A stretch of DNA of 64,000 nucleotides from Nitrospinaceae bacterium (lineage in GTDB: Bacteria > Nitrospinota > Nitrospinia > Nitrospinales > Nitrospinaceae), in NCBI GenBank assembly GCA_965237905.1, contig OZ250172.1:832001-896000 (forward strand), in the 5' to 3' direction. Under the pieces are notes generated by a model. That model worked only from the letters and a program-made list of their open reading frames with translations, did no database searches and had not been told where the DNA came from. This document shows positions 32,725-42,124 of this stretch, piece by piece. The translations under genes were made by a program, and so were the position numbers. Every line of letters starts with the position of its first letter. The first letter of the stretch is position 1.

Positions 32725-33966
32725 ATGAATATACTGGGCATGATCATGGCCGGCGGCGAAGGCAGCCGCCTCTATCCTCTCACCATGGACCGGGCCAAAC
32801 CGGCCGTTCCTTTCGGGGGTAAGTACCGTCTGATCGACTTCGTACTCAGCAACTTTCTCAATTCCAAAATCTATTCCATTTATGTGCTGACCCAGTTCAA
32901 GTCGCAATCGCTGGCCGAGCACCTGCAGGAAGGTTGGCGGTTCAGCTCGATCCTGGCCGATCACTTCATTCTGCCCGTCCCCGCCCAGCAACGGACCGGA
33001 CAGAGTTGGTACCGGGGCACTGCTGACGCTATTCATCAGAACATCAATTTGATCCAGGATAAGGAATACGATCTGGTCGCCATTTTCGGAGCGGACCATA
33101 TTTACCGGATGGATATCCAGCAGATGATCAACTTTCACATTTCCAATGTAGCGAAGGTGACCATCGCCGCGATTCCTGTCCCGATTAAAGAAGCCCGGCA
33201 TTTTGGAATCATCCAGGTGGATGCCACCGGTCGCGTCGTCGGCTTCCAGGAAAAGCCGGAAAACCCGCAACCCATTCCCGGCCGACCGGACGAAGCCTTT
33301 GCCTCCATGGGAAATTACATTTTCAACGGCCCGTTTCTGACTGATGTCCTTCACGCTGATGCCAAAAACAAGGATTCTTCGCACGATTTCGGCAAGGACA
33401 TCCTTCCCTCCTTATATAAGCAACATCCGGTCTTTGCCTACGATTTCGCAAGAAACCGGGTACCGGACATTACTCAGGAGGAAATCGGGTACTGGCGCGA
33501 CGTGGGGAACATCGGCAGTTACTGGGAGGCCAACATGGATCTCAGAAACGTGAAACCGATTTTTAACCTCTATAATCTGAAATGGCCGATCAAAGCTTCC
33601 GCATTGGGACTGCCGCCCGCCAAGTTCGTATTCAACCAGGACGGACGGCGCGGACAAGCCATCAACAGCCTGGTATCCGAGGGCAGTATCATCAGCGGCG
33701 GCATCGTGCAGGATTCCGTAGTGGGCCGAAGTGTCAAGATCGACACCGGTGCCGCCATCATCAATTCCATTCTCATGGACCGGGTCCACGTGGGAGCCAA
33801 CTGCAAAATCAATATGGCCATCATCGACAAGGATGTGATCATTCCGCCCGGCACGGAGATCGGGTACGACCCGGAAGCCGATAAAAAAAGGTTTCATGTC
33901 GATACCGAATCCAATATCGTAGTCATCCACAAAGGTTATAAATTTCCCGAAACTTCACCTCAATGA
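32725..33966 (+). CDS. glgC: Glucose-1-phosphate adenylyltransferase
   Basis: AGGEGSRLYPLT, RAKPAVPFGG, WYRGTADA, SMGNYIF and YWRDVG motifs. Confidence 0.97.
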   Translation: MNILGMIMAGGEGSRLYPLTMDRAKPAVPFGGKYRLIDFVLSNFLNSKIYSIYVLTQFKSQSLAEHLQEGWRFSSILADHFILPVPAQQRTGQSWYRGTADAIHQNINLIQDKEYDLVAIFGADHIYRMDIQQMINFHISNVAKVTIAAIPVPIKEARHFGIIQVDATGRVVGFQEKPENPQPIPGRPDEAFASMGNYIFNGPFLTDVLHADAKNKDSSHDFGKDILPSLYKQHPVFAYDFARNRVPDITQEEIGYWRDVGNIGSYWEANMDLRNVKPIFNLYNLKWPIKASALGLPPAKFVFNQDGRRGQAINSLVSEGSIISGGIVQDSVVGRSVKIDTGAAIINSILMDRVHVGANCKINMAIIDKDVIIPPGTEIGYDPEADKKRFHVDTESNIVVIHKGYKFPETSPQ

Positions 33967-33985
33967 ACCTCAGCCCTTATCAAAT

Positions 33986-35167
33986 ATGAAGAAGGTCACC
34001 ACCGGACTGGAACGGCTGTTAGCCAAACCTAAAAAATACCTTAAAGGGAAACGCATCGGCCTGTTGGTCAACCATACCAGCGTGGCCGGAGACGGCCTCC
34101 CCTCCTTCGTCCATTTCCACCAGCACAAGGATTTTGAATTGATCAAACTGTTCGCCCCGGAACACGGTTTGTACGGAGTGGATCAGGACATGGTGAACGT
34201 CGACCACAGCAGTGAGCCCGCCACTGGAGTCCCCATCGTCAGCTTGTACGGGAAGAACCACGCCTCGCTCACCCCGGAGGCCGGGTTGATGAAGAATATC
34301 GACACGTTGGTGTTCGACATCCAGGATATCGGCTCACGTTATTACACGTTCATTTATACGCTGGCCAATTGCATGCAAACCTGCAAGCAGGCGGGCGTGC
34401 CCATTGTGGTGTGCGACCGGCCCAATCCGATCAATGGCGTGCAGGTGGAAGGCAACCTGGTGCGGGAGGGTTGGCACTCCTTCGTCGGCCAGTACTCTCT
34501 GCCCAACCGCCACGGCATGACGGTCGGCGAACTCGCAAAATGGTTCAACGATGAAATCGGCATCGCCTGCGACCTCACGGTGGTACCAATGCAGGGCTGG
34601 AAGCGGGAGATGTGGTACGACCAGACGGGTCTGTTATGGGTGTCCCCTTCCCCCAACATGCCGATGGTATCAACCGCGACGGTGTATCCCGGCATGTGCC
34701 TGATCGAAGGCACTCAGTTGTCGGAAGGACGCGGCACCACCCTGCCGTTCGAGTTATGCGGCGCACCGGGAATCGATGCCCATCGCCTGGCGGAAGCGCT
34801 GACGGACAAGAAGCTGCCGGGAGTGCTGTTTCGGCCTCAGTATTTCAAACCCACGTTTCAGAAATGCGCGGGCGACATTTGCGGCGGAGTGCAGTTGCAT
34901 GTGACCAACCGCAACGCCTTTAAACCCTTCATCACCGGAATCGCCCTAATCCAGGCCATCGTCCACCTGTTTCCCAAGGTATTCAAGTGGCGCACGGAGC
35001 CCTATGAGTTCGTCAGCGACCGGCCGGCCATCGACCTGCTTTACGGTCATCCCGAATTCCGTGAGACCCTCCTGCCTGAAAATCGCGATCTGAAGGAAAT
35101 TGAGGCGTCCTGGCAAACCGATCTGGCCAGTTTTCTGGCCATCCGCGAAAACTATCTGTCTTATTGA
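33986..35167 (+). CDS. namZ: Exo-beta-N-acetylmuramidase NamZ-like (DUF1343)
   Basis: FAPEHG, FDIQDIGSRYYTFI, DRPNP, SPNMP and SEGRGT motifs. Confidence 0.9.
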   Translation: MKKVTTGLERLLAKPKKYLKGKRIGLLVNHTSVAGDGLPSFVHFHQHKDFELIKLFAPEHGLYGVDQDMVNVDHSSEPATGVPIVSLYGKNHASLTPEAGLMKNIDTLVFDIQDIGSRYYTFIYTLANCMQTCKQAGVPIVVCDRPNPINGVQVEGNLVREGWHSFVGQYSLPNRHGMTVGELAKWFNDEIGIACDLTVVPMQGWKREMWYDQTGLLWVSPSPNMPMVSTATVYPGMCLIEGTQLSEGRGTTLPFELCGAPGIDAHRLAEALTDKKLPGVLFRPQYFKPTFQKCAGDICGGVQLHVTNRNAFKPFITGIALIQAIVHLFPKVFKWRTEPYEFVSDRPAIDLLYGHPEFRETLLPENRDLKEIEASWQTDLASFLAIRENYLSY

Positions 35168-35526
35168 GCACTTCCCTCAGACAGCTAAGAGTGTCCAAAG
35201 TCCTTGCAAAATAATGAGTTGTAATCAATTGCCAATAATGATACATTTAATAACGATGTAAATTAATTAGAATATCATCATTGTGTCTTCCCAAAACAAT
35301 GCCAAAAAAACATCAGGGGCGTACCCACTGCCAATTTTATATTCGCCAGGGTGTCCGCCTATGAAAATGTCCGCTCGAAAGGATTCACTGTCAAAGCCCT
35401 CAAGATTAACGGGACCCGTCATGGCAACTAAAAGTACCTTCTGCAGTAGCCGGACCATGAGGCATTCAACGAGGGGCCGATGTCACGGAAAATATCAACA
35501 GACCCTTTCAGGCTTTAGAGGATAAT

Positions 35527-37215
35527 ATGCATTCATTATTTTTGCGTCTGCCGATTCGGCTCAAATTGATTCTCTTTTTCGCCATTGTTCTCGTATCAAT
35601 ATCAGCTTTTATCTCTTATTATTTTCCCAACCTGACCAAAGAAAATTCCTTGAACTACATGAAGGTTCAGGCACGCGCCACGATGAATCTGGTCGCTTTG
35701 AACGCCGGGGTTGGCCTGGGAACTGGAAATCATAGAGCGATCAAAGAAGCCTTTAAGCTGGCCGAGAACGACTATCACCTGAGCTTCCTGGCGGTCTACG
35801 ACATCAGAAACAGGGAAATTTCCTCTTTTAATCCCAACGAAATGAAGTTGGACCTGACCCAACTTTTCGCTGATAGCGACATGGTGGTTGTGGGCGACAA
35901 TCTGTTTGCCACAGTCCCTATCAAATATCAAGGCACCACTCGTGGAAAGTTGGTATTGGGAAACACCTTGGAGGAAGTCAATGCCCAGATCCAAAACTAC
36001 CGTTTTATAATCATCATGGTCAGTTTAGGGTGTGCCGTGGTCGGTATCATCCTTTTAATGCTCTTCAGTGACGCCATCACCAAACCCCTGAAAGATCTGC
36101 GGCAAGCCACCAACCAACTGGCCCAGGGTAATACCGATGTTCAAATCCAAGTGAAATCGATGGATGAAATCGGGAATCTGAGCGAGGATTTCAACAAAAT
36201 GGTCCTCAATCTCAAAGAGAGCAAGCAAAAGGCTTTGGTGGCGGAACAAACCACCCTTCGATTGGCAGAAGAATTCCAAGGTGTGGTCCAAGCCGCCATA
36301 GGAGGGGATTTGACCCAGGAGATCCGTCAAACCGTTACCGGCGCCAACGGCCATGAAGCGGTTGGCAAAATGCAGGATATCCTGGACAAATTCTTTGCAC
36401 AACTGCGCGAAAATATGGCCACCATCGGTGGTAGCGCCAGCACCCTGACCGATTCTTCCGAAAAGTTGATGGGTGTGAGTGAAAAACTGAAAAGCAACGC
36501 GGAAATGACTTCCGAGCAGGCCAACCAGGCTTCCGTAGCGGCTGAAGAGATCAATTCCATCGTTCAAACAGTGGCCAGCGGCACCGAAGAAATGTCTACC
36601 AGTATCAAGGAAATTTCAAGGAGCACCCACAGCGCAATGGACATCGCTAAAAACGCTGTGGAACTGGCTAAGACGACCAACACCACCATCACGAAACTCG
36701 GCCAAAGTAGCGGGGAAATCGGTGAAATCATCAAAGTGATCGACGATATCTCCGATCAAACCAACCTGCTGGCTCTGAACGCCACTATCGAAGCCGCCCG
36801 GGCAGGAGAGGCCGGCAAAGGGTTCGCCGTGGTCGCAAATGAAGTCAAAGAACTGGCGAAGCAAACCGGCAAAGCCACCGAAGACATCATTAAAAAAGTC
36901 GAAGCCAATCAAAAAGATACGGAAGAAGCCATCAACGTCATTGGTGAAATTTCCAAAACCATCGAGCAAGTCAGTGAAATCATCACCTCCATTGCGGGTT
37001 CGGTGGTTGAGCAGACCGCAACGACGAATGAAATTTCCCTACAGGTTGGAGAAGTCGCTAAAGGCAGTAACGAAATTTCCCAGAACATCACCAACGTGGC
37101 GGAATACGCGAAAAGCACCACCAATGAATCTTTGGAAGCTCAAAACGCCGCCCGCAAGGTGGCGGGCATGGCCGAAGACCTGCACAAACTCGTCAGCTAT
37201 TTCAAATACGCCTGA
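35527..37215 (+). CDS. Methyl-accepting chemotaxis protein
   Basis: Two TMs, HAMP domain and [34 protein letters not shown] hairpin. Confidence 0.95.
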   Translation: MHSLFLRLPIRLKLILFFAIVLVSISAFISYYFPNLTKENSLNYMKVQARATMNLVALNAGVGLGTGNHRAIKEAFKLAENDYHLSFLAVYDIRNREISSFNPNEMKLDLTQLFADSDMVVVGDNLFATVPIKYQGTTRGKLVLGNTLEEVNAQIQNYRFIIIMVSLGCAVVGIILLMLFSDAITKPLKDLRQATNQLAQGNTDVQIQVKSMDEIGNLSEDFNKMVLNLKESKQKALVAEQTTLRLAEEFQGVVQAAIGGDLTQEIRQTVTGANGHEAVGKMQDILDKFFAQLRENMATIGGSASTLTDSSEKLMGVSEKLKSNAEMTSEQANQASVAAEEINSIVQTVASGTEEMSTSIKEISRSTHSAMDIAKNAVELAKTTNTTITKLGQSSGEIGEIIKVIDDISDQTNLLALNATIEAARAGEAGKGFAVVANEVKELAKQTGKATEDIIKKVEANQKDTEEAINVIGEISKTIEQVSEIITSIAGSVVEQTATTNEISLQVGEVAKGSNEISQNITNVAEYAKSTTNESLEAQNAARKVAGMAEDLHKLVSYFKYA

Positions 37216-37272
37216 TCTTCGAGAGCACCCAAGGAAACCTCGAGCTGGCGCACTTTTCCTTTCTTACCTTAG

Positions 37273-38712
37273 TTATCTTTTATATGACCCTGCCCTGCCC
37301 CCTTCCCGTAGTGAAAAATCGGGAGAAATTTTGGAAAGCTTGTAGCGGAAAGTGGAACGGGTAAGGCCCAACAGGTGAGCCGCTTTGGTTTTGTTGTTGC
37401 TACACTTCTGGAGTGCTTTAAGGATGAGCTCCCGCTCGACTTCGTGGACGGAGTCCTCCAGTGAAATCCCTCTCGCCAAATTCCCCGCGGATTTCCACTG
37501 AACCGGTTTCGTCCCTGCCGAATCCACCAGGTATCCCGGCAGGTCGGACACTTCGACCCGATCTCCTTTGGAGAGAATCATCATCCGTTCAATAACGTTC
37601 TGCAATTCCCGCACATTGCCCGGCCAGTGATATTGCATCAACACCTCCAGTGCTTCCAGAGATATTCCCCGAACACTTTTGCCCATGGCATGATGAAATT
37701 TTTTCAAAAGAGTGTCAATCAGCGTCGGAAGGTCGCCGACGCGTTCCCGTAGCGGAGGCAGGGTGATGGGATAAACAAATAACCGGTAATAGAGATCCTC
37801 CCGGAAAGAACCTTCCCTGACCAGCGGTCCCAGATCCTTGTTGGTGGCGGCGATGATGCGGATATCCGCGCTTTTGGACCGAACCGCCCCTAACGGTTCA
37901 TATTCCCGCTCCTGAATCACGCGCAAAATTTTGGCCTGGGTGGGGGCACTCATCGATGTGACCTCATCCAAAAATAAGGTACCGCCCGAAGCCAAAGCGA
38001 TTTTCCCCGGCTTGGCTTTATCCGCCCCGGTAAACGCTCCTTTTTCATAGCCGAAGAGTTCGCTTTCGAACAATGTATCTGGAAACGCCGAGCAGTTGAG
38101 TGCCACGAACGGCCGGGATACACGTGGGCTGTTGTAATGAATGGCTTTGGCCAATAGCTCCTTGCCGGTGCCACTCTCCCCCACCAGCATGACGGTGGTG
38201 CTCTGCGGTGCCACTTGGGACGCCAATTTTAAAGCCTGAAGAATCTGCGGAGAATTTCCCACGATGGTGGAAAAATCGTATTTGGATTCCAGCTCGCTTC
38301 GGATAGCGATCAACTCTTTCTGTAAACGTTCCTTTTCATCCTCTGCTTGTTTGAGCTCGGTGATGTCCTTGATCACTCCCATGACATAGGCGATTTCGCC
38401 GGTCTCCTTGTCGAAGATGGGGGTGTAGATGGTCTCCACCCAAACCTGTCTGCCCTCCTTATGGTTCAACACCATGCGCTCTTTTTTGGCGCCCAGTTCT
38501 CCGTAGGAAATTTTGCCACCCCTTTTGGAAATGATATCCCAGGATTGCTGGAAATCGGACAGCTTCCAGCAGGTCTTATCCACCACATCTTTGCGGGAAA
38601 TATTGTAAAGTTCTTCGCAGGCGCGGTTAAAAAGCACTAACCGGTGGTCTCTCGCTACGATGAAAACACCGTCTAACGCGCTGTCCAGAACATATTCGAG
38701 TTCGTATTTCAT
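37273..38712 (-). CDS. PAS-domain sigma-54-dependent transcriptional activator
   Basis: N-terminal PAS, GESGTGKE, GAFTGA, LFLDE, WPGNVREL and Fis-type HTH. Confidence 0.95.
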   Translation of the reverse strand: MKYELEYVLDSALDGVFIVARDHRLVLFNRACEELYNISRKDVVDKTCWKLSDFQQSWDIISKRGGKISYGELGAKKERMVLNHKEGRQVWVETIYTPIFDKETGEIAYVMGVIKDITELKQAEDEKERLQKELIAIRSELESKYDFSTIVGNSPQILQALKLASQVAPQSTTVMLVGESGTGKELLAKAIHYNSPRVSRPFVALNCSAFPDTLFESELFGYEKGAFTGADKAKPGKIALASGGTLFLDEVTSMSAPTQAKILRVIQEREYEPLGAVRSKSADIRIIAATNKDLGPLVREGSFREDLYYRLFVYPITLPPLRERVGDLPTLIDTLLKKFHHAMGKSVRGISLEALEVLMQYHWPGNVRELQNVIERMMILSKGDRVEVSDLPGYLVDSAGTKPVQWKSAGNLARGISLEDSVHEVERELILKALQKCSNNKTKAAHLLGLTRSTFRYKLSKISPDFSLREGGRAGSYKR

Positions 38713-38805
38713 GGGAGTGGAAACTACAAAAAGATTTCTCTCGGGAAAAGTTTACTCCTTTTTCGCGAAGAGGATTTATAGGACTTTTAGATTAATATTT
38801 GCCAC

Positions 38806-38888
38806 CCGGTGAATTTTCGCCACTAAATTTTTCTCAATATAAATGAGAGAGTTGCCTGATCCCCCGGCCCAACCGGCGAATTTTAGCC
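38806..38888. promoter_or_regulatory. Pair of imperfect palindromes, candidate enhancer (UAS) sites
   Basis: ccggtgaattttcgcc at 38806-38821 and ccggcgaattttagcc at 38873-38888. Confidence 0.6.
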
Positions 38889-38964
38889 GCTTTCAGGATT
38901 CCCTCCCCTTAGGTTGCTAAAAAATTTCTTCTTCAAAAACAATTAGTTGCCCTGAAAAACCCTT

Positions 38965-38980
38965 TGGCATCAATCTTGTA
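38965..38980 (+). promoter_or_regulatory. Sigma-54 (-24/-12) promoter
   Basis: TGGCAT-N5-TTGTA vs consensus TGGCAC-N5-TTGCW; IHF-like aaacaattagttg at 38937-38949. Confidence 0.7.
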
Positions 38981-39102
38981 TGTATGAAGACCATAAAGGA
39001 GTGATGTATTTGTCTCAAGGCGGGAAAGGCTTTCCGCCTCACTTCCCACAGTTAATACACAAATAGAATCAAAGGAGGAAAGCGATAAAAGGAAGAAATT
39101 TA

Positions 39103-39483
39103 ATGTTAATGGGGTTGGCGGCTCTGACTGCCGGCATTTTATGGGCGGTTCCGGTTTGGGCCGCAGATGAAGTTACGGTGGATCCCTGGTTTGTTGAAAC
39201 CATGAAGAACAACCAGGCTGTTTTGGAACCCGGCACAACGACTTACTGTAACAAGAATTTCCAAATCGAAAATATGGGCAAGGATATGGCCGAGGTGCAC
39301 ATCATCCGGGGAAACGGGGACAACTATGATATAGACCAGATCCCCTCCGGAGGCAAGTTGGGTTACAAACTGCAAGGCCGATCCGTTTTCGCCACTGGCG
39401 CCAGTAAGGGCAACTGGGTTGACGAAGCACGGATCGTGAATTCCACACTGGGCGATTCGAAACTCAAGGTCCATTGCAAATAA
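39103..39483 (+). CDS. Small exported protein of unknown function
   Basis: Signal peptide ending VWA; two Cys; strong GGAGG RBS upstream. Confidence 0.75.
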   Translation: MLMGLAALTAGILWAVPVWAADEVTVDPWFVETMKNNQAVLEPGTTTYCNKNFQIENMGKDMAEVHIIRGNGDNYDIDQIPSGGKLGYKLQGRSVFATGASKGNWVDEARIVNSTLGDSKLKVHCK

Positions 39484-39633
39484 TCCCGCCAGATCACCGG
39501 TCTATTTCAAACCCTATTGTCAACATTGGGTTTTAAACCGAAACCAAAGGTATTCTAGCCGGGTTTGGGATAGACCGGTTTCAGGATCAAGAGGGTTGGA
39601 ATTTCTTAAGGGACGAGCCTTATGAGGTAGTTC

Positions 39634-41331
39634 CTAACGAGTGGAAGAAGCTACTGCCGGTGGAGCCAAAATCGGTCGGCGGACATGCGGCTGGTGGGAA
39701 GCCTGCAATTCCACTTCGCTCAAAAGTACGCTGGGAGTGATGCTGGCCACTGGCAGGACTCCCGATTCCGCTGTGCAAAATCCGTTAATAACGGTAGTGT
39801 CGTTGCCCGTAATTAGAATCTTGCTGATCATGGAAAGCGGCGTCCCGACAAAATCCACTCCACGGACCAGCTCCTCCCTGCCATCCGGAAACACCTTGTA
39901 CAGGTACAGAGGTTTGCCCTTGAACACCTGGAACTGGTGGGTGTCGGTCTGGGTTTCCCCTCCTACGATTTTCTTGACGAACAACCCGTAGGGTTTGTTC
40001 TGCTTTTTAACTTCCTCGATCAACCTTTGCTTCAATGCGGCCGCGTCCAGGGTAAGATCGGATTTCACCACAAAATTACTCATGCGCGACATGGGGGCAT
40101 GGGAGCCATCGCTTCGGGCATGCCCGTTGGTCCGGTTGAACCCCAGGACCGGCATCCGGGAAAGCAGAAAACTTTTCAGCACACCATGATCAATCAGCAC
40201 TACTTCCCGGCTTTGCTGGCCCTGATCGTCGGTGCGATAATTCCCGATCAGAGGAGTTCCCTCGAAACTCTCCAGGACCGGGTTGTCCACCACCGTGACA
40301 AATTCCGGAAGAATGCGCTGACCGATTTTTTTCAAAAAGGTCTTGCCGTCCTCGTCCCCTCTCAGCCGGTCGCCTTCCAACCGGTGCCCGATGGCTTCGT
40401 GGAACAGAACCGCCGCCGCATCCGGGCTGAAGATGGCGGGGCCCACATAGGGATCCATTTGGGGAGCCGCCTTGAGCTCCTTCAGGGAAGCGATCAACTC
40501 CCGGGTGGCCCGGACCAATTCTGTCTTGGGTGGAATCTGATCGATCTTTCTAAAATAAAGAGTCTTTTGGTCGTGGATTTGGGACCCCTCTACTGTTTTG
40601 GTCCAAGCCTCCAGGCTCAACCCATATTGCAGATGGGCATCGCGGATTTTGTTGCCTTCCGAATCGTAGTAATATCGGATAACGCGGTCGGAAAAAATCT
40701 TGACTCGCGATTTTTCAATTTCCGGAGCTTCTTTAAACAAACCGGATACCTCACGGGCCAGCCTTTCCCATCGGGGCATATCCAGCTTCCATTCCGGAAT
40801 CGAATCAATCTGCTCACGGGTCGGTTTTCCTTTGGAAAAATCCGGGAGATCATGACTTTCCACCCCGCTGATGAAGCGGCCTTTTTTCCGCAGAAAACTG
40901 ACGATCGCCTGTTTGTACCGCAGATCGGTCTCATACCACAACGCTCGCCTGAGGGAATCCAGGTGATTGTCTACCGGTATAAGCTGTTCCACGGAATACC
41001 GGTGACTTTGCGGAGTGGAACTGTCAAATTGAGGGTCTCCCACTTTCACATCCACAAACAAAGTGCGGTGCTGTTGGGTGTCGGAATGAACCAGAGCGCC
41101 AAAACTCGCCGCCACCTCCGCCCGATCATGGTGCCGAATTTGATAATTGACGAAGTACGGAGGCCCAAATACATCCACCTTCAATTCGGAAAGCGAGCGG
41201 GCCATCTCTTCTTCCATGGCCTGGAAGATGACAGCATCTTCATTCAGGGAAGCGGCATGAACCGAACCCGCCGTTACCAGAATGCTCAACAGGATTACGT
41301 TAAGTTTTCTTAAAACCATTTCCAAATTCAC
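39634..41331 (-). CDS. TldD/PmbA-family metalloprotease-like protein, exported
   Basis: LFHEAIGHRLEG, NGHARS, SRMSN and GFC motifs; N-terminal signal peptide. Confidence 0.85.
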   Translation of the reverse strand: MNLEMVLRKLNVILLSILVTAGSVHAASLNEDAVIFQAMEEEMARSLSELKVDVFGPPYFVNYQIRHHDRAEVAASFGALVHSDTQQHRTLFVDVKVGDPQFDSSTPQSHRYSVEQLIPVDNHLDSLRRALWYETDLRYKQAIVSFLRKKGRFISGVESHDLPDFSKGKPTREQIDSIPEWKLDMPRWERLAREVSGLFKEAPEIEKSRVKIFSDRVIRYYYDSEGNKIRDAHLQYGLSLEAWTKTVEGSQIHDQKTLYFRKIDQIPPKTELVRATRELIASLKELKAAPQMDPYVGPAIFSPDAAAVLFHEAIGHRLEGDRLRGDEDGKTFLKKIGQRILPEFVTVVDNPVLESFEGTPLIGNYRTDDQGQQSREVVLIDHGVLKSFLLSRMPVLGFNRTNGHARSDGSHAPMSRMSNFVVKSDLTLDAAALKQRLIEEVKKQNKPYGLFVKKIVGGETQTDTHQFQVFKGKPLYLYKVFPDGREELVRGVDFVGTPLSMISKILITGNDTTVINGFCTAESGVLPVASITPSVLLSEVELQASHQPHVRRPILAPPAVASSTR

Positions 41332-41585
41332 CAGAAGTTAAGAGTAAGAACTTTCTCATATAGATTAACATAAACTTTCAATTATAATCTATACGTATTA
41401 TAATAGGTTCAGGCTTAAAAGCGCAAAAAATCGTATCATTATATACGTTTCTCTATAAACCAAGAACCAAAAACGCTCCAATCGTCCTTGCGAGCCTAAA
41501 AAATCTTTTAAATTCAATAATTTATGTAGAACCCTGTAGAAAATGTCTTTAAAATGATTATTTCCAACTTAATTGCCCCAAACTA

Positions 41586-41614
41586 TTGACAAAACGGGGT
41601 CAGGTTCCTATATT
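41586..41614 (+). promoter_or_regulatory. Sigma-70 promoter for yqeY-dnaG-rpoD
   Basis: TTGACA-N17-TATATT. Confidence 0.7.
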
Positions 41615-41641
41615 TGCCTTTTGGTTGGTTAAAGAAAGCCT

Positions 41642-42088
41642 ATGGAATTAAAACAAACGCTCCTGTCAGACTTGAAAGGGGCCATGAAGTCCAAGGACTC
41701 CTTAAAGGTCGACACCCTTCGGTTAATTGTTTCCGAAATCAAAAACAGAGAAATTGACCTCCGCGAAGAACTGGGAGACGAGGCTATCATCGCTCTCCTG
41801 ACCACCCAGATCAAAAAAAGAAAAGAGGCCGCCGGGATGTTTGAAAAAGGCGGCCGGACCGACCTGAAAGAAAAAGAAGAAAAGGAAGGCGCCATCATCC
41901 AGGTTTATCTCCCCGAGCAGGTGGGGGAAGAGGAACTGAAACAGCGTATTCAGGCAGTCATCGTAGAAACGGATGCTCAAGGCCCCAAAGACATGGGCAA
42001 AGTGATGAAAGTGGTGGTTCCCGAATTCAAAGGTAAAGCGGAAGGCGACCAAATCCGTAAAATTGTCACGGAATTGCTGGCTCCCTAA
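41642..42088 (+). CDS. yqeY: GatB/YqeY domain protein
   Basis: LKGAMKSKD, KKRKEA, YLPEQ and KDMGKVM motifs; upstream of dnaG. Confidence 0.9.
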   Translation: MELKQTLLSDLKGAMKSKDSLKVDTLRLIVSEIKNREIDLREELGDEAIIALLTTQIKKRKEAAGMFEKGGRTDLKEKEEKEGAIIQVYLPEQVGEEELKQRIQAVIVETDAQGPKDMGKVMKVVVPEFKGKAEGDQIRKIVTELLAP

Positions 42089-42124
42089 ATCGTCAACAGA
42101 ATTTTTCGGCATATACCCAATAAA

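Noticed and set aside
35300..35526. c-di-GMP riboswitch upstream of the chemoreceptor
   Set aside because: A few possible stems (tcatgg/ccatga), but I could not match the class I or II consensus; needs a cmscan
39937..41313. 458-aa plus-strand ORF
   Set aside because: Antisense shadow of the TldD-like gene with no recognisable motifs
41332..41641. rpsU expected upstream of yqeY-dnaG-rpoD
   Set aside because: No S21-like ORF seen, and its absence from this operon is common
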